Part shown: one piece after another, positions 1-12,309 of the stretch
How the letters are laid out: each line of letters opens with the position of its first letter
How positions within the stretch are numbered: the first letter of the stretch is position 1
From: Vicugna vicugna
Lineage: Eukaryota
Length of the DNA stretch: 64,000 nt
Assembly (NCBI GenBank): GCA_013265495.1
Contig: MU058423.1
Coordinates: forward strand, 3,301,061 to 3,365,060
Direction of reading: 5' to 3'
Program-made: the position numbers and the translations under genes
Notes under the pieces: model-generated
The model's input: only the letters and a program-made list of their open reading frames with translations
The model's database searches: none
Told to the model about the DNA's origin: nothing

Positions 1-12
1 TACAAAAAATTT

Positions 13-865
13 TCACACAGTCTCCTCTTTGTTTTTATGTTGCTTTTCTTGGCTCTCTGGTTCTATACTTTGGCTCCTTCGACGGTCATGTTTGTCAGAC
101 TGGTCCTTACTATCACTGTGATCTCGTTTGTGGGAACGTTCTTTGCTTCTGCTACGCTTCCTAGATTTTTCTTTGCTGGGGCTATGTTCTCGTTTTCTTG
201 ATTTTTCAACACTGTCAGTTCTTCCTTGACTGCCACTTCTACTCCGTTTATTTGATTTTTCTTTACTTTCATTTCTATGTTTACTTAATTTCTCTCTGCT
301 CTTGCTTCTGCTTCGTTTCCCAGCATTTCTACTTCTACTCCTACTTCTATGTTTTCTTTCTCTGCTTCTACTTCTACTGTGCTTTTTCTCTTTCTTGGAA
401 TCTTTTTTGTCATCTCTGTGCCGCCTATCATCTTTGTCTTCTTTATGTTTCTTTTCTTCTATCTCACCCCTACTTCTCCGTTCCTTGGACCGTTCTCTTG
501 ACCGCTCCTTTTCTCGGTCATTACCTCTTTCCTTATCATAGTCACGGTCTCGCCTCCTACCTCTCTCATTTTCTTTCTCTCTTTCCCGATCCCTGTCCCT
601 TCTATCCCCTTTCCTATCACGACTTCGACTACGGCTTCTATGTCTTTCCCTACTCCTGCTATGTCTGCGGTCCAGCCCCCGATCGATACTGCGGGATCTT
701 CGCCTTTCTTTCTCCCTTTCTTTGGCTTCACGCTCTAGTCGCTGGCGTTCTTTCTCTCTTTCTAATTCTCGGTCAAAACTAGAAGACCCATGGCCCTCCC
801 GATGATGGCTTCTACTTCTGGATCTTCTTGGGGACCTCCGTGGACTCAGTGATCTCCTTGGAGAC
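13..865 (-). CDS. PRPF38B: PRPF38B coding exon 6, RS/RE/RD-rich C-terminal domain to TGA stop
   Basis: ttag acceptor at 866-867; ORF 13..924 RS repeats ending KQHKNKEETV*; summed CDS 1638 nt = 545 aa. Confidence 0.96.
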
Positions 866-1110
866 CTAATATTTAAGAAAGGAAGAGGGAAGGGAAAAAA
901 ATGCGAATGAATCAAACATATCATAAAAATTTAACTTTCACCAGTGTTACTTATTTAGATCCGCAGCTTACATGTCAGGAATAATTAAAGCTAACAAAAT
1001 TTTCCCTATTTTTATTTACAGAGACATAATCTTGTTGAAAATGCCATGATTTCCAAGGACGTTTGTGCAAAGCAATTTTCAAAATAAGTGTAACTCAAGA
1101 ATCACATTAC

Positions 1111-1334
1111 CTTGAACGTCTGCGTTCAACATGTCTGTCTATTTCCTCAGCACCTTCCTTCCCATCTTTCTTGATTTTCCTTGGCCGGGTTTTAATCTGT
1201 TGATCGATATTCTTCTGAACCGGAACTGGAATTCTTGGAAACAAAGTAGAAAACCACTCCAGTTTTGTGAGAAAAGACCGTAGCATTTCTCCAATGGTCA
1301 TTACACAGCCTCCACCAGCCTTCACATCTAGGTC
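1111..1334 (-). CDS. PRPF38B: PRPF38B coding exon 5 (DLDVKAGGGCVMTIGEML...HVERRRS, 224 nt)
   Basis: ctgtag acceptor, AG|gtaatg donor; overlaps ORF 1107..1325 containing WFSTLFPRIPVP. Confidence 0.96.
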
Positions 1335-3380
1335 CTACAGAAACACAAAAGATATCCTGGCCGTCAAAGAAATTCTCTCAGTAAACACACGAATACTATA
1401 AAAATATAACCATCTTTGGAATCTCAAATACAAAAAAATTCTAACAGAAAAAGTTCAATTTGTGCACCTTTCTAATCTGGTAATGAATGACACAGAGAAA
1501 CATCTGGGCTTAGTGTGTGCATGCAGGTGAGAACAAACCCTGCAGCCTCATGGACAGAAAGAGAAGTGACCTCACTTAGCTAACGGGAACATGAAACACC
1601 CCCTTACATTACTGAACTTATTTGGAACAATCAACTTAAATTCACATTCCACATACCTACTAAGCATATATTTTATTTCTGTGGACATGTTTGCACACAT
1701 CATTCCTAGCAGTGTAACCTAGCTACACATGAACTACTTCAGACAATTTCTGTCTAAAGATTATCTTTTAACAGCTCTAATATAAAATGAAGCCCTAATA
1801 AAACTGGAAGCAATAGCAAACCAACTGCCATGAAGCAGTGAGGTTTCTAATTTAGAGTTATGTAGAAAATAAATAAATGAACAAATAATTGGAAACGCAT
1901 AATCCATGATGACCATTGTCTCTGAAAAGGGTCATTACCGCATGAAGGCCTTCTTGCTATGCCCTCTCACAGCTCAGGACATGTTAGTCAGCTATTGTCA
2001 GTCCCAAACCTATAGTGCAAGCACACAAGGAAAGTGAGATTTGTTATCTAAACAGGAAAACAAGAGCTAAAGGTAAAACTGCTTGCACTCACACACATTT
2101 AAGTGTTCAGATATACAGTATTTCCAAATATAATCGCTGCAGATATCTAAGGAAAAAAACAGTAAGTTAGCTTAAATAGAAAGCCTTAGGTTTGTAAACA
2201 CAGTAAAAAACAGATTAAACAGAAGCATTCAGAAACAAACCTAATACCAATCATGAAGAGGGACATGCTTTCTAAATACAAAAGAGAGAAGTGCCCCAGC
2301 CTGAAAAAATCTCATCTAAAAAGAAAAAAAAATTAAAGACTGTGACTAGTCACCTAAGTCACTTTTGGCTTCTTCTGAGATATTAAACAGCTCATAAATA
2401 AGCCAAAAAAAAAAGCAAAGAAAAATTCTCCATGTCTACATGGGTGAGATTTTTTTTAGTTGTGCATGTAATAATAAAAAACAAACTAGAAAGATTTCCC
2501 TTAGAACTATCCTTTAATTAAAAAAATTCTTTGGCTGTTTTAAATAGGACTACTAAAACACTGCTCAGTTTACTTTACGAACTTTAAAACACAAAGTAGT
2601 GGTGGGGACAGATATATGGACAACACTGCTCACTATTAAGATTCTTGTGAGATCTTGGACTTAAACATTTGTATCAATGATTTAAATCTGACACAGTCAT
2701 GTTTCCCAAAGTAACTTTTCTGAACATATGTAACAAGTTCAACCTTGTTAAGCCTGAATGGCAAGCTAGATTCATAATTTTAAAAAAACTGTAAAGTACT
2801 AATTTAAAGAGAAGGTTTCCTTCTAAGTTTATAAACATGTATAGTATAATAGAAATCAGAAAGCTAGAACTGAAATATTTCTGTCACCTTGAACAAGTCA
2901 TCCAAACCGTCAGCCTCTTTAAGTTCAATTCTGCACTTCTGCACAAGTGGGAATATTAGTATTCAGAAGAAGTTATAGGGTAAAGAACTGAAAAGTTCTG
3001 GAGGTAAGGGGAAGCTATAATTAATATTTCTATGTGCATGTCTTACCACCTCAGTCTTGAGCATGGCCCACTTTAAAAAGTCACTATCAACTGTACAGGT
3101 CAAGATCAGTGCAATACATAGAACATAAATAAGAGATAATTTTCAATAGGTAACCAAATTACATCTGAACAATTTAAGAATGTGAAAGTAAAACTTAAGA
3201 AACAACCTAAGATATATAAAATTCACCAAGTGTTAGTAGTAGGACATTAATTCCTGAAGTATTTGAGTGTAATAATTTAACTACAGAAAATTCTGGAAGA
3301 TGTTAAACCACCAATATATAAAAGATATTTAAAAACGAGAGTAATTAGAAGAAAACTAATTATTACCCTTGTTGACATAC

Positions 3381-3441
3381 CTCTTCATCATCAAGGAAGG
3401 ATTCAAACCAGTCCCATAGATCTGTAGGGGGCTGTGTGTAC
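3381..3441 (-). CDS. PRPF38B: PRPF38B coding exon 4 (YTQPPTDLWDWFESFLDDEE, 61 nt)
   Basis: tag acceptor, GAG|gtatgt donor; restores frame after exon 3. Confidence 0.96.
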
Positions 3442-3524
3442 CTACAATTACAAAAGACTAATGATCAGGCTTATGTCAATTAAAATAAGATATTCATCAT
3501 AAATTTAGAGAAATGCATGCTCAC

Positions 3525-3676
3525 CTTATATACATAAATCCAAGGGCTCTAATATATGGAGAATCTGTGTGTGTTATGAGACCCATCACTTGCTTACGAG
3601 TTAACTTTAGAGTAAATAATTTGTATAACAGACAAAAAGCTGTAGAAACAATTCCTCCTGTTCCAACGCCTCGAAC
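3525..3676 (-). CDS. PRPF38B: PRPF38B coding exon 3 (VRGVGTGGIVSTAFCLLYKLFTLKLTRKQVMGLITHTDSPYIRALGFMYI, 152 nt)
   Basis: aag acceptor, AG|gtgagc donor; hallmark DSPYIRALGFMYIR of the PRP38 domain. Confidence 0.96.
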
Positions 3677-3961
3677 CTTTAAGGTAAAGAATTAAGAAAG
3701 AGTGGTAAAATAATTAACAGAGACACTTAACATCAATTGACTAATCCCGTGAGTGTTAAGTAATAACAAGATACACTGTATAATTGAGAATGGAGCATAA
3801 AGAACATAATGCTTTTCTAATCCCATTTACGGAAAACTTAAATTTTTAAAAAACACAGACTAATTGTAATTCGGTGTGTAACCTACAGACTTTAAGTTTT
3901 CTAAATATAAACTCAGTTATGAGACACAGAAAAACTGAAAAATGCACGTACTTCTACTTAC

Positions 3962-4030
3962 CCCTCCGCACATCCCTGTTTGGCCAGCTGTTTTCCTGCT
4001 TCCTTTCTCCCATGGTTCAACGTGCGTGAC
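3962..4030 (-). CDS. PRPF38B: PRPF38B coding exon 2 (VTHVEPWEKGSRKTAGQTGMCGG, 69 nt)
   Basis: ttttcag acceptor, GGG|gtaagt donor, phase 0/0, PRP38 domain sequence. Confidence 0.96.
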
Positions 4031-6859
4031 CTGAAAACAAAAAAGAGGAACACAACAAACATTCACACTTCGGGTGCTTTTAAAAAGTATGATTCAAGTA
4101 AACCCCAATCCATAACAGAGCAGCTCTTCCAAAAGTCTGGAAGTTGCGTATTCTGACATGCTGTATATATTTTGTTTACACACATTAAGTATGTAAAACT
4201 GCTGAGATATTTAAATAGAACCAATAAAGCTACTAGGGTTTAACAAGACCTCAACAGCCTCACAGAGTAGAAATCCCATTAAAGTAGCTTTGCAGAGAGC
4301 TGATACATGTGGAGACAGGAAATTTCTAATCTCATACACTTGTAAAAAGAAAATTTGTATTTTATTATGAGTTGCTTAAAAAAATTCTTATTTTAAAATG
4401 GATTTAAAACTCCAACTTAAAGCATAAAGTATTAAAGTTTAAATGTCTTTTTCAAAAAAATCTTCAAAGTGCCCTTAATATTTCACTTTTATGGTAATTT
4501 AAAATTTCTTATTATAAAATAAGGAAAAATGACTTGAAGAAAGTATGCTAAAACAGTACAAAAAGTTGCTTTTAATGCAAAATTTATTCATACTTTCCCC
4601 CACCATGATCAGGCACTGTGTTCATTACTGATAGAAGAGGAAATTACAAAGGCCACACCTACACAGAGATCATTCCTGTTATTGTATAATTTATTTTCAG
4701 CCTAATTATGTAAACGAATTCTATTTCTTCCCAGAATACAAACTGTGTCAAAAACAAAACACTGAAGTAAGTGTGACTTGTCATATTAAGTATACTCAAA
4801 GATATGATCTTTGCTAAGGTGGGGCATCCTATAAAAACCACATACTTAACCTTAAAATGGCAAAGAAAGAATACAAGCTCTACAATAGACAGAACTCAAG
4901 GTCTTTTCGAAGGATTAAATCATTATTTGTTTCTTAACTTGAAACGAAAAAACAAAGCAAAATCCCATTCATTCACTATGTATTTCAAAAACTTTACTTC
5001 CACCCACCCATGGGCACGTGCCAGTCTTTTTCAGTGGCTTCAGACAGAAAAGCATGCATTTAAATGTAAGCACTACACTATTTTGCTCAGTGGACTGCTG
5101 CACTGCTTTACAGTTTCATTTCCTTCTCCCAGCTTGCTATATAAGACATTTCAATTCCTTAAAGGCTAACTAAAGGTGTGGACGCCATACAAAACAGACT
5201 TACAAAATTGGAAGGTTACATAGTTCAATGATTATTTGATCTGGATGTCTCAACAAAATCTGAGTCTTTAATTTTTAACTAAATTTAAGTAATTTGTAGT
5301 ACAATCTTAAGTTGTTTCAAACCACAGTATGTGAAATTTGAAAACAAGCTTTTCCTCTTATCATGCTAACATTTGCCTATGTTGTTAAACAGAACCTGCC
5401 ACAAAAAGAGCAGGAACCCGATTTCAACTGTTTGAAATTTACTACACAAATAAAGCTACGGCTTAAACATTCGCCATACTGTATCCATGCTGAACAAGGC
5501 CTTACCTTTTAAAGAAAACTAGTTCATAGTGTTACAATTACTCACAATACTCTTGTAAGAGGATACCCATGTTTTCAGTGTACTTTATATACCCAAGGTT
5601 GAACTGTATTCTCAAAATAAGATCTATCAAAAGTAACTAATATCTCAAAATCCTTCACTATTCACTTCATTGGGGAAAAGGCAGACAAAACATAACCTAA
5701 AAGCAAATAAAGAAAATTTCCTTCTCTTAACACCTCTACAGATTATGTTCAGATCACAGGAAATACTTTATATTGTCTGTCAAGTGTTTTACAAGACAAC
5801 ACCGACAAAACGGACTGTTATTTATAGCAGATGTTCTATCTAAAGTATTTAAAGATCGTTAAGATTACTACTAATATTCTTTAAAATATAAATTAACCTT
5901 AGGAGGCCTGGAAGATAAACTATATAATTTGGCGGTAAGTGGAGAAAGCCTACCAAGTTGGTGAGGAAAAGACCAAAATCAATGGCCAAAAAAAAAGAAA
6001 AAGAAAAAGAAAAAAAAAAAAACCTAGCCGTTCATTTAACCAGGGAAATGCATTTATGGCGATTGAGCATGATTAATAATGCATACCTCTACCTGCGACC
6101 CTGGGCTGCTCCGAGCCTCGCTGCAAGACTGAGTCAATCCTGCTAACGAAACAAGAACTGAGACAAGAGTGCAGTGAGGAGGCGCCAGGTGAGCTCCCCA
6201 GCACAGCCAAGCCAGCACCGACCCTGCCGCAGAAGCCCAGGGCCCAGATAATTCTAAATAATAAGCCCAATGCACAGGTAACTGAGATCACTTACTCCTG
6301 ACTTCCTGCTGCGAAAATTTCCAGGCCTTCGGTACGTCTCTTCCATTTGCACCTCTCCACCCTCAACCCTCCCACCCCACCCGACACACACACGGACCAG
6401 TTCCCTGTCTGGATAGGATAGTGAATACCAACAACACGAGGCCAACACTGAAGTCAATACACGCCCTGGCGTGGGGTGAGCGGGAGAAGCACCAACAAGT
6501 TGGCGCTGAGTAGATCCACGTCAAAAGAAATAATTTTAAGGCTGTAAACTTGAGAAGCTTCAGTTACTCGTTTCTCCTCCCCCCCTTCTCCCGTCCGACT
6601 CCCCCCCAGGGGCGGGCAGGAGGTTGGGGGAGGAGAGAGATCAATGGCGGCGGGTTCTCCTGGCCCTAAAAACCTGAAAAGGAAATTAGAGGGCGGCCCC
6701 AGTTTGACCCTTCCCTGGCGGACTACTGACCACCGGTTCCCCTCCGCCCAACCTTCCTCCACCTACCAATCCTCAGACCTCGGGGGCCGCCTCCGCCCGT
6801 TTCCTCCATACCCCCTCCTCCGAACTTAACCCCTATCCCCAGGTCTAGACGCCTCGTAC

Positions 6860-7138
6860 CTTAAAGTAGATCTCGTCCACCACCTCGTGGTAGGTCTTGA
6901 GCTCGTAGAGCTGCACTTTGAAGTAAGGCGACGACAGGATATTGGTCAAAATCATGGGGTTGAGGTTCATAGTCTTTTCGTTGCCCCACAACGGCAGCAC
7001 ATTGCCCTGCTTGCCCGAGACGGCCGGCTTGGTGGCGCCGCCGCCGCCGCACTGCTGCTGCTGCTGCTGGGCCGCGGCTGCGGCCGCCTGGTGCTGCGGC
7101 TGCGAGTTGCCTGTCAGCGCGGGGCTGTTGTTAGCCAT
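6860..7138 (-). CDS. PRPF38B: PRPF38B coding exon 1 (MANNSPALTG...VDEIYFK, 279 nt)
   Basis: ATG at 7138-7136 in aacATGg context; translation matches the PRP38B N-terminus; donor AAG|gtacga at 6859. Confidence 0.97.
7037..7069 (-). repeat. Coding trinucleotide repeats (CAG)6 polyQ and (GGC)4 polyG in PRPF38B exon 1
   Basis: (CTG)6 at 7052-7069 and GCC run at 7037-7050 on + strand. Confidence 0.9.
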
Positions 7139-9239
7139 GTTGCGGCGGAAGGAAGGAGGGAGGGAGAAGGGGGGGGAGGGGGCCAAGCTCGATCTCGCTC
7201 TTCGGGACAACGGTCCGGGACCCTACTCCATGGAACGCCGTCGGAAGAGGGGGCCGCCACGCTGTGGCCCAGACGGGTGAGGGAGGACAACCGGGACGCC
7301 GACAAATGGACCCAGGTCGAGAGCAGAGGCCGAGACGAGAGCCGGGAGAACTCCAAGCAGAAAGCGAGCCGGCGGCCTGAGAGCGCGATCTCTTCCGCCA
7401 ACTGCCCCTGGGAACAAGATGGCGTCCCCGGCGGATGTGACGCCGCATGACACAGAATTCCAAGCTTAGCCGACGGCCAATCAGAGACGCCCAGGTGGGC
7501 TGGAGATTCCTCTTCCTAGTTCCGCGCGTTCGGTGCACGCTGCAGTGGCGGCCGTGGCCGCTGCCCCCTGATTTTTAGGGGATTTACACTGGGAATTTGG
7601 AGGCCAGGGAAGGGGTTTGTAGGTCCAATTTGTATGTTTTACTATTTGGACTGTGGCGACGGTTTCTCCTTTCGAAGGCCGAGCGGAAAGGCATTCGCAT
7701 GGCTATGTGCTTGCAAATTCGTGACTCTGACTCCTGCGGAGAATCCGAGTCTCCTGAGTTCACAGTTTTAAGATTCTCTGGAAGGGATGATAGGACCTCC
7801 CTCCTTCATGTGTTTTCAGTGCAAAATTCTTCTGTCTTCTGCCGGGCTGTAGTATCTGACTAGAGGTCTTATTGTTTGACCGTAAATTTACTCAGTTGTA
7901 AGATCGAGAAAACGTCTTGCTGGGCTGTTAAAAAAAATCTAGCATTAACAGAGCTACTATACCTGTATTGCCTAGTAGAATGACTTTTTCCCTCCCTACC
8001 CGAGTTCTTTCGTTCTGCTGATGCATTCTGAGCGGTAAACCTTAGGCGACGAACTGAATGAGGGTAGAGAAGGCTGCAGAAGGTGGTAGGTACGAGAATC
8101 AGTCATACTAGGTCTCATCTCTCAAAAGCTACTGTTAACCTAGAGAAGGTTCATGGTGTTTGGGAATTAAGTGCCTTTTGTAGTCTTGTAGGTTTTTGCA
8201 GGTGTTAATGGACTGCAGTTTAATCGACAGAGAACAGAATGAGTGTACATAGAAGGGAAGATCAAGCTTGTTAGAGGGTAAAGTGTGGTTGACAGGACCC
8301 AGGAAATATGCATATTGGGGGGGAGTAATGGGTAGATAGGAATTGAGCCACCTAAGTGCCTGGAATGCCGAGTTGAAACATTAGAAATTTAATGACATTT
8401 TAACCTAAGGGTTACATAATTACATCTATGACCCCAAAGTTACTATTACAGAGAATATTACATTCCCTGGCTCCAATCCATTCTTCACAGAGTGTTGCCA
8501 GAGTCATCGTTATAAAAGTGCAGCACTCCCCACTCAAAACTTTGGGTGGCTCACTCAGTGGTTTCCCACTTGCCAAAATCCAATGATACTGTTGATTCTC
8601 CATCCTATTTGATTTCTTGTGGCCTTTTTTTTTTTTTAATCGTTTACTGTTTCCTAGAAACTGTTGAAGTAAGAAGTTTGAAAGTGGAGATTTTAATTTC
8701 AGTGGCATATACACAGGGGAGGGGAAAAGGTAAGACAAACGTTGGGTAAAATCTACACCTGGGTAAAGCTGAACCAGAGAGAAGATAAGCAAAGAAGTAG
8801 GAGGTAAACCAGAAGACAGTGGTATGACAATGCAAGGAAAGATAAATCAGAAATAAATGAATGATTAGAGTGACTAATATTTAGACCTGGACAGTACATA
8901 AGTGATCATCCTGTCTAGTTCCTTTATTTTACATTGGAGAACTAAAGCTATCAGAAGTGGTTTTTAAACTTCCTAGTAGATCTGGTTTTTCTATACGTTA
9001 GTTTATACCAACTTACTTCCCAAAGAAAATAGATGATCCCAACCTCTAATGAGTCATCAAGTTAGAAATACAATGAAAAAAAAATTGAACCCTGTTCTTC
9101 ATTATTTTTTGCCTTGATAATAAGTTTGAGTTTACCCAGTGACACTAATTGCCAAATCCTACTAATTGCCTAAATCTTTTAAAATTTGTTTACCCTTAGA
9201 TTCTGAGTGAAGAGCATAGTAGAGAGGTTGAAGTTTGAT

Positions 9240-9480
9240 GTCAGTTCTGGAGAGTCCAAAACCAAGGGACAGCCCTCTTCCTGGTTCACAGCTGGCACCT
9301 TCTAGCTGTATCATCAGAAGGTTGAAGGGATGAGGAAACTCTCTGAGGTTTCATTTCTGAGAGCACCAATTCTGTTCGTGAGGGCTCCAGCCTCATGACT
9401 TAAGTGCCTCCGAAAGGCCCCACATCCTAATACCATCATCCTTGGGGTTTAGGATTTCAAATTCTAACTTTGGGGGCTAG
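9240..9480. mobile_element. MaLR LTR (MLT1/MST-like) fragment
   Basis: Resembles MaLR LTR consensus (ctcttcctggttcacag...aaggccccacatcctaataccatca...ttaggatttcaa). Confidence 0.6.
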
Positions 9481-9514
9481 AATTTTGATGGGAACTCTTA
9501 GATCTCAGCACCCA

Positions 9515-10800
9515 CTTAACTATCACCATAATCAAGATAATCAAAATTACCCCTAAAAGTTCTCCTGTGCCCTTTTGTAATCCAGTCTCTCCCTCCATCT
9601 CCATCCCTAGCAACCACTTTTTGTCAATATACATTAGTTTGCATTTTCTTGAATTTTAAATTAATGCAATCATACACTAGGTTCTTTTGCCTGGCTTCTT
9701 TGACTCAATAATTTTAAGATTCATCCTTGTTGCTTGTGTCAGCAGGTTTTGTGTGTGTGTGTAACTGAGTAATATTCCATTGTGTGGAATTACCACTATT
9801 TGTTTATCCAATCTGTGGGCATTTGGATTTCTAATTTTCGGCTATTACAAATAAAGCTGCAAAACAAAAACAAAAACAAATAAAGCTGCTATGAACATTT
9901 GTATACTAGTCTTTGTGCAAATGTTTTTTTCCTCCTGGCTAAATACCTAGACATAGAGTGACTGGATCATATGATAGGTATATGTTTAACTTTTTAAGAA
10001 ACAGCCGAACTGTTTTCCAAGGCAACTGTACCATTTTCCATTCACAGTAGCAATGTATGAGAGTTCCAGTTGCTCCATGTCCTCATCAACAATTGGTATG
10101 ATGAATTTTTTTTTTAAATTTTAGTCATTCTAAAGGGTGTGCACTGGTATTGTGGTTTTAATTTACATTTCCCATGTGACTAATGATGTTGAACATAATT
10201 TCAGGTGCTAATTGGCATTCGTGTATCTACTGTCGTGAAGTAACTTCAAATCTTTTGCCCACATCTTTATTTGTCTTATTGTTAAATTTCATTAATGATG
10301 TCTTTCAAATGGCAGTTTTTTATTTTAATGAAGTCTAAGTTACCAAATTTTCATTTTGCTTATTATGATTTATGCTTTTCTGTGTTCTAAGCACTGCCAG
10401 CCTTAAGTTCACAATGATATTCTGTTTTCTAAAAGGTTTATAATTTGGGATTTGACACTTAGGTTTGTGATCTATATTTCTGCCTATGGTGTGAGGTAGA
10501 GTTTTCATTTTTTTTCCCAATGTGGATATTCAGTTGATCTAGTACCATTTGTTGAGAAGACTTCTTTCCATATTGAGTTGCTTTAGCACCTTTGTCAAAA
10601 ATCAGTTGACCCACCATGAATGGACCTATTTCTGCACTCTACTGTGTTCCATTGATCTTTATCTGTTCACCAATATCAAACTACCTTGATTAGTGCAGCT
10701 TAATAGTTAAGTTTTGAAGTCAGGTAGGCTAGGTCTTCCAACTTCATTCTTCTCTTTAAAATTTGCTCTGATTACTCCAGGTCCCTTGTGTTTCTGTCAA
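9515..10800 (-). mobile_element. Old LINE-1 (L1M-type) 3' region, antisense
   Basis: Typical antisense L1 3'UTR/ORF2-end text (tgactggatcatatgatagg, ccatttgttgagaagact, ctgtgttccattgatc). Confidence 0.8.
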
Positions 10801-11236
10801 TTTCTTAAAAAAAAAAAAGTCTGGCATGTAGTAGGTGCTTGGTAAACATGTATCATTTATGAATAAATGAATAAAGAATTAAAATAACTGCCATGTGTAA
10901 CTGAAATAACAGAAATTAGATGTTCTAGTGTTTTGAACATTTTATTGTTCAAAACAACCCACAATTCTAAGGTGACATAAGAAGCCATTGGGTAAAGTAT
11001 CCAAGAACTAGAAATCTGATACAATTGGTAGGTTGTTATAAACAATCAAGACTGTTGGGCAAAGCTACCCTGTTTCTGATTATGATTTCAAAGTACTGAA
11101 TCAAATGAGGTATGAGTTGAAATTTAAGAATTATTAGGTGTTAGCTGAACCTGAGATCGATGGTATAATACTGGTTCTATGTTCCCTTCTCTTCCTCATC
11201 CACAATAGGTGTCTTCTAGTTTTCGAAAGCAAGGTA

Positions 11237-11585
11237 CAGCGGTCCCTCAATATCCATGGAGGATTGGTTCCAGGAACCTCTGGAGATACCAAAATCCATG
11301 GATGCTCAGGTCCCTTTTATAAAATGTTACAGTACTTGCATATAACCTCCGCGTATCTTCCCTTCTACTTTAAATCATTTCTAGATTACTCAAAATACCT
11401 AATACAATGTAAATATCATGTTAAGAGTTATAAATACAATGTAAATCCTATGTAAGTTGTTGCTGGTGTGGCAAATTCAAGTTTTGTTTTGCTTTTTGGA
11501 ACTTTCTGGAACTTTTTAAAGAATATTTTTGTTCCATGGTGTTGAATCCACAGATTTAGAACCCCTGGACATGGAAGGCCAACTG
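11237..11585. mobile_element. MER2-like TcMar-Tigger non-autonomous DNA transposon, near full length
   Basis: TA|CAG...CTG|TA termini with TA target duplication, 349 bp, internal ggattggttccagga...accaaaatccatggatgctcaggtcc. Confidence 0.8.
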
Positions 11586-12309
11586 TATATATCTCACTAT
11601 CCAAATCTTTTAATAGTGCATGGCCCTGGGGCATAAAAAACCTCAAGTTGCCTAACAAAGTGCCACTTCTATATAATAATGTTGGCACTGGTGTTCAGAA
11701 AGTAAATGACTCTAATTACTAGATAAAAATTCCTTCTGCAAGTTAAGTGGTTTCCAATGTCTGCCTTCAACAAAGTAGGAGGAGGACCTAATCTAATTGT
11801 CTACTTAAAGATCATTAAAAATGATTTTTGATGAAAAATCACCAAGTCACTTTGGTATATAACTTGGAAGTAGTTCAAAGAATTAAGTTACAATGCTGTA
11901 ACAAAACTCCTTCCAGATCCATCCACTCATCTACAGGAGTAAGGGTTTTCAGCGCTTACGTGTATAAAAATGAAAACATAGGGAGAGTATTGATGCTGTG
12001 CTGTGTCTCATCTTACAGATCAGTAATATTCAAAACCAGCTGTATGAACTAATTATTTTAAAAGATGTATCTCAAAGTATACATATACAAAAAGATACAT
12101 CTCATTAAAAGATATATTTCCAATAAAATGTTACTTTTGTGTTTAATAATCACGTAACAATATTTATAATACATGTTATTTTGATCAGTTGTGTGTTAAT
12201 AGTAACTGTTAAAAACTGTCTTTACGGAAGAAAAAAGTTTTAACACTTATAACCATATAATCCTAGGAAATTAAAAAATTTTTCCTTAACACAGACTTCT
12301 GATTAGAGA

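Larger units (their letters stand above)
6560..7570. promoter_or_regulatory. CpG island / promoter of PRPF38B
   Basis: High GC and CpG density spanning exon 1; YY1-like CAAGATGGCG 7415-7424, ETS/CRE-like GCGGATGTGACG 7431-7442, CCAAT 7477-7481. Confidence 0.85.

Noticed and set aside
198..782. 194-aa and other + strand ORFs (302..541) over PRPF38B exon 6
   Set aside because: Antisense shadows of the low-complexity RS-coding exon (F/S/L/Y-rich), with no independent gene signals.
866..924. N-terminal MICLIHSHFFPFPLPFLNI of ORF 13..924
   Set aside because: Intronic polypyrimidine tract; the real exon starts at acceptor 865.
6887..7538. Multiple long ORFs on both strands around the PRPF38B promoter
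   Set aside because: Stop-poor GC-rich CpG island; no recognisable protein.
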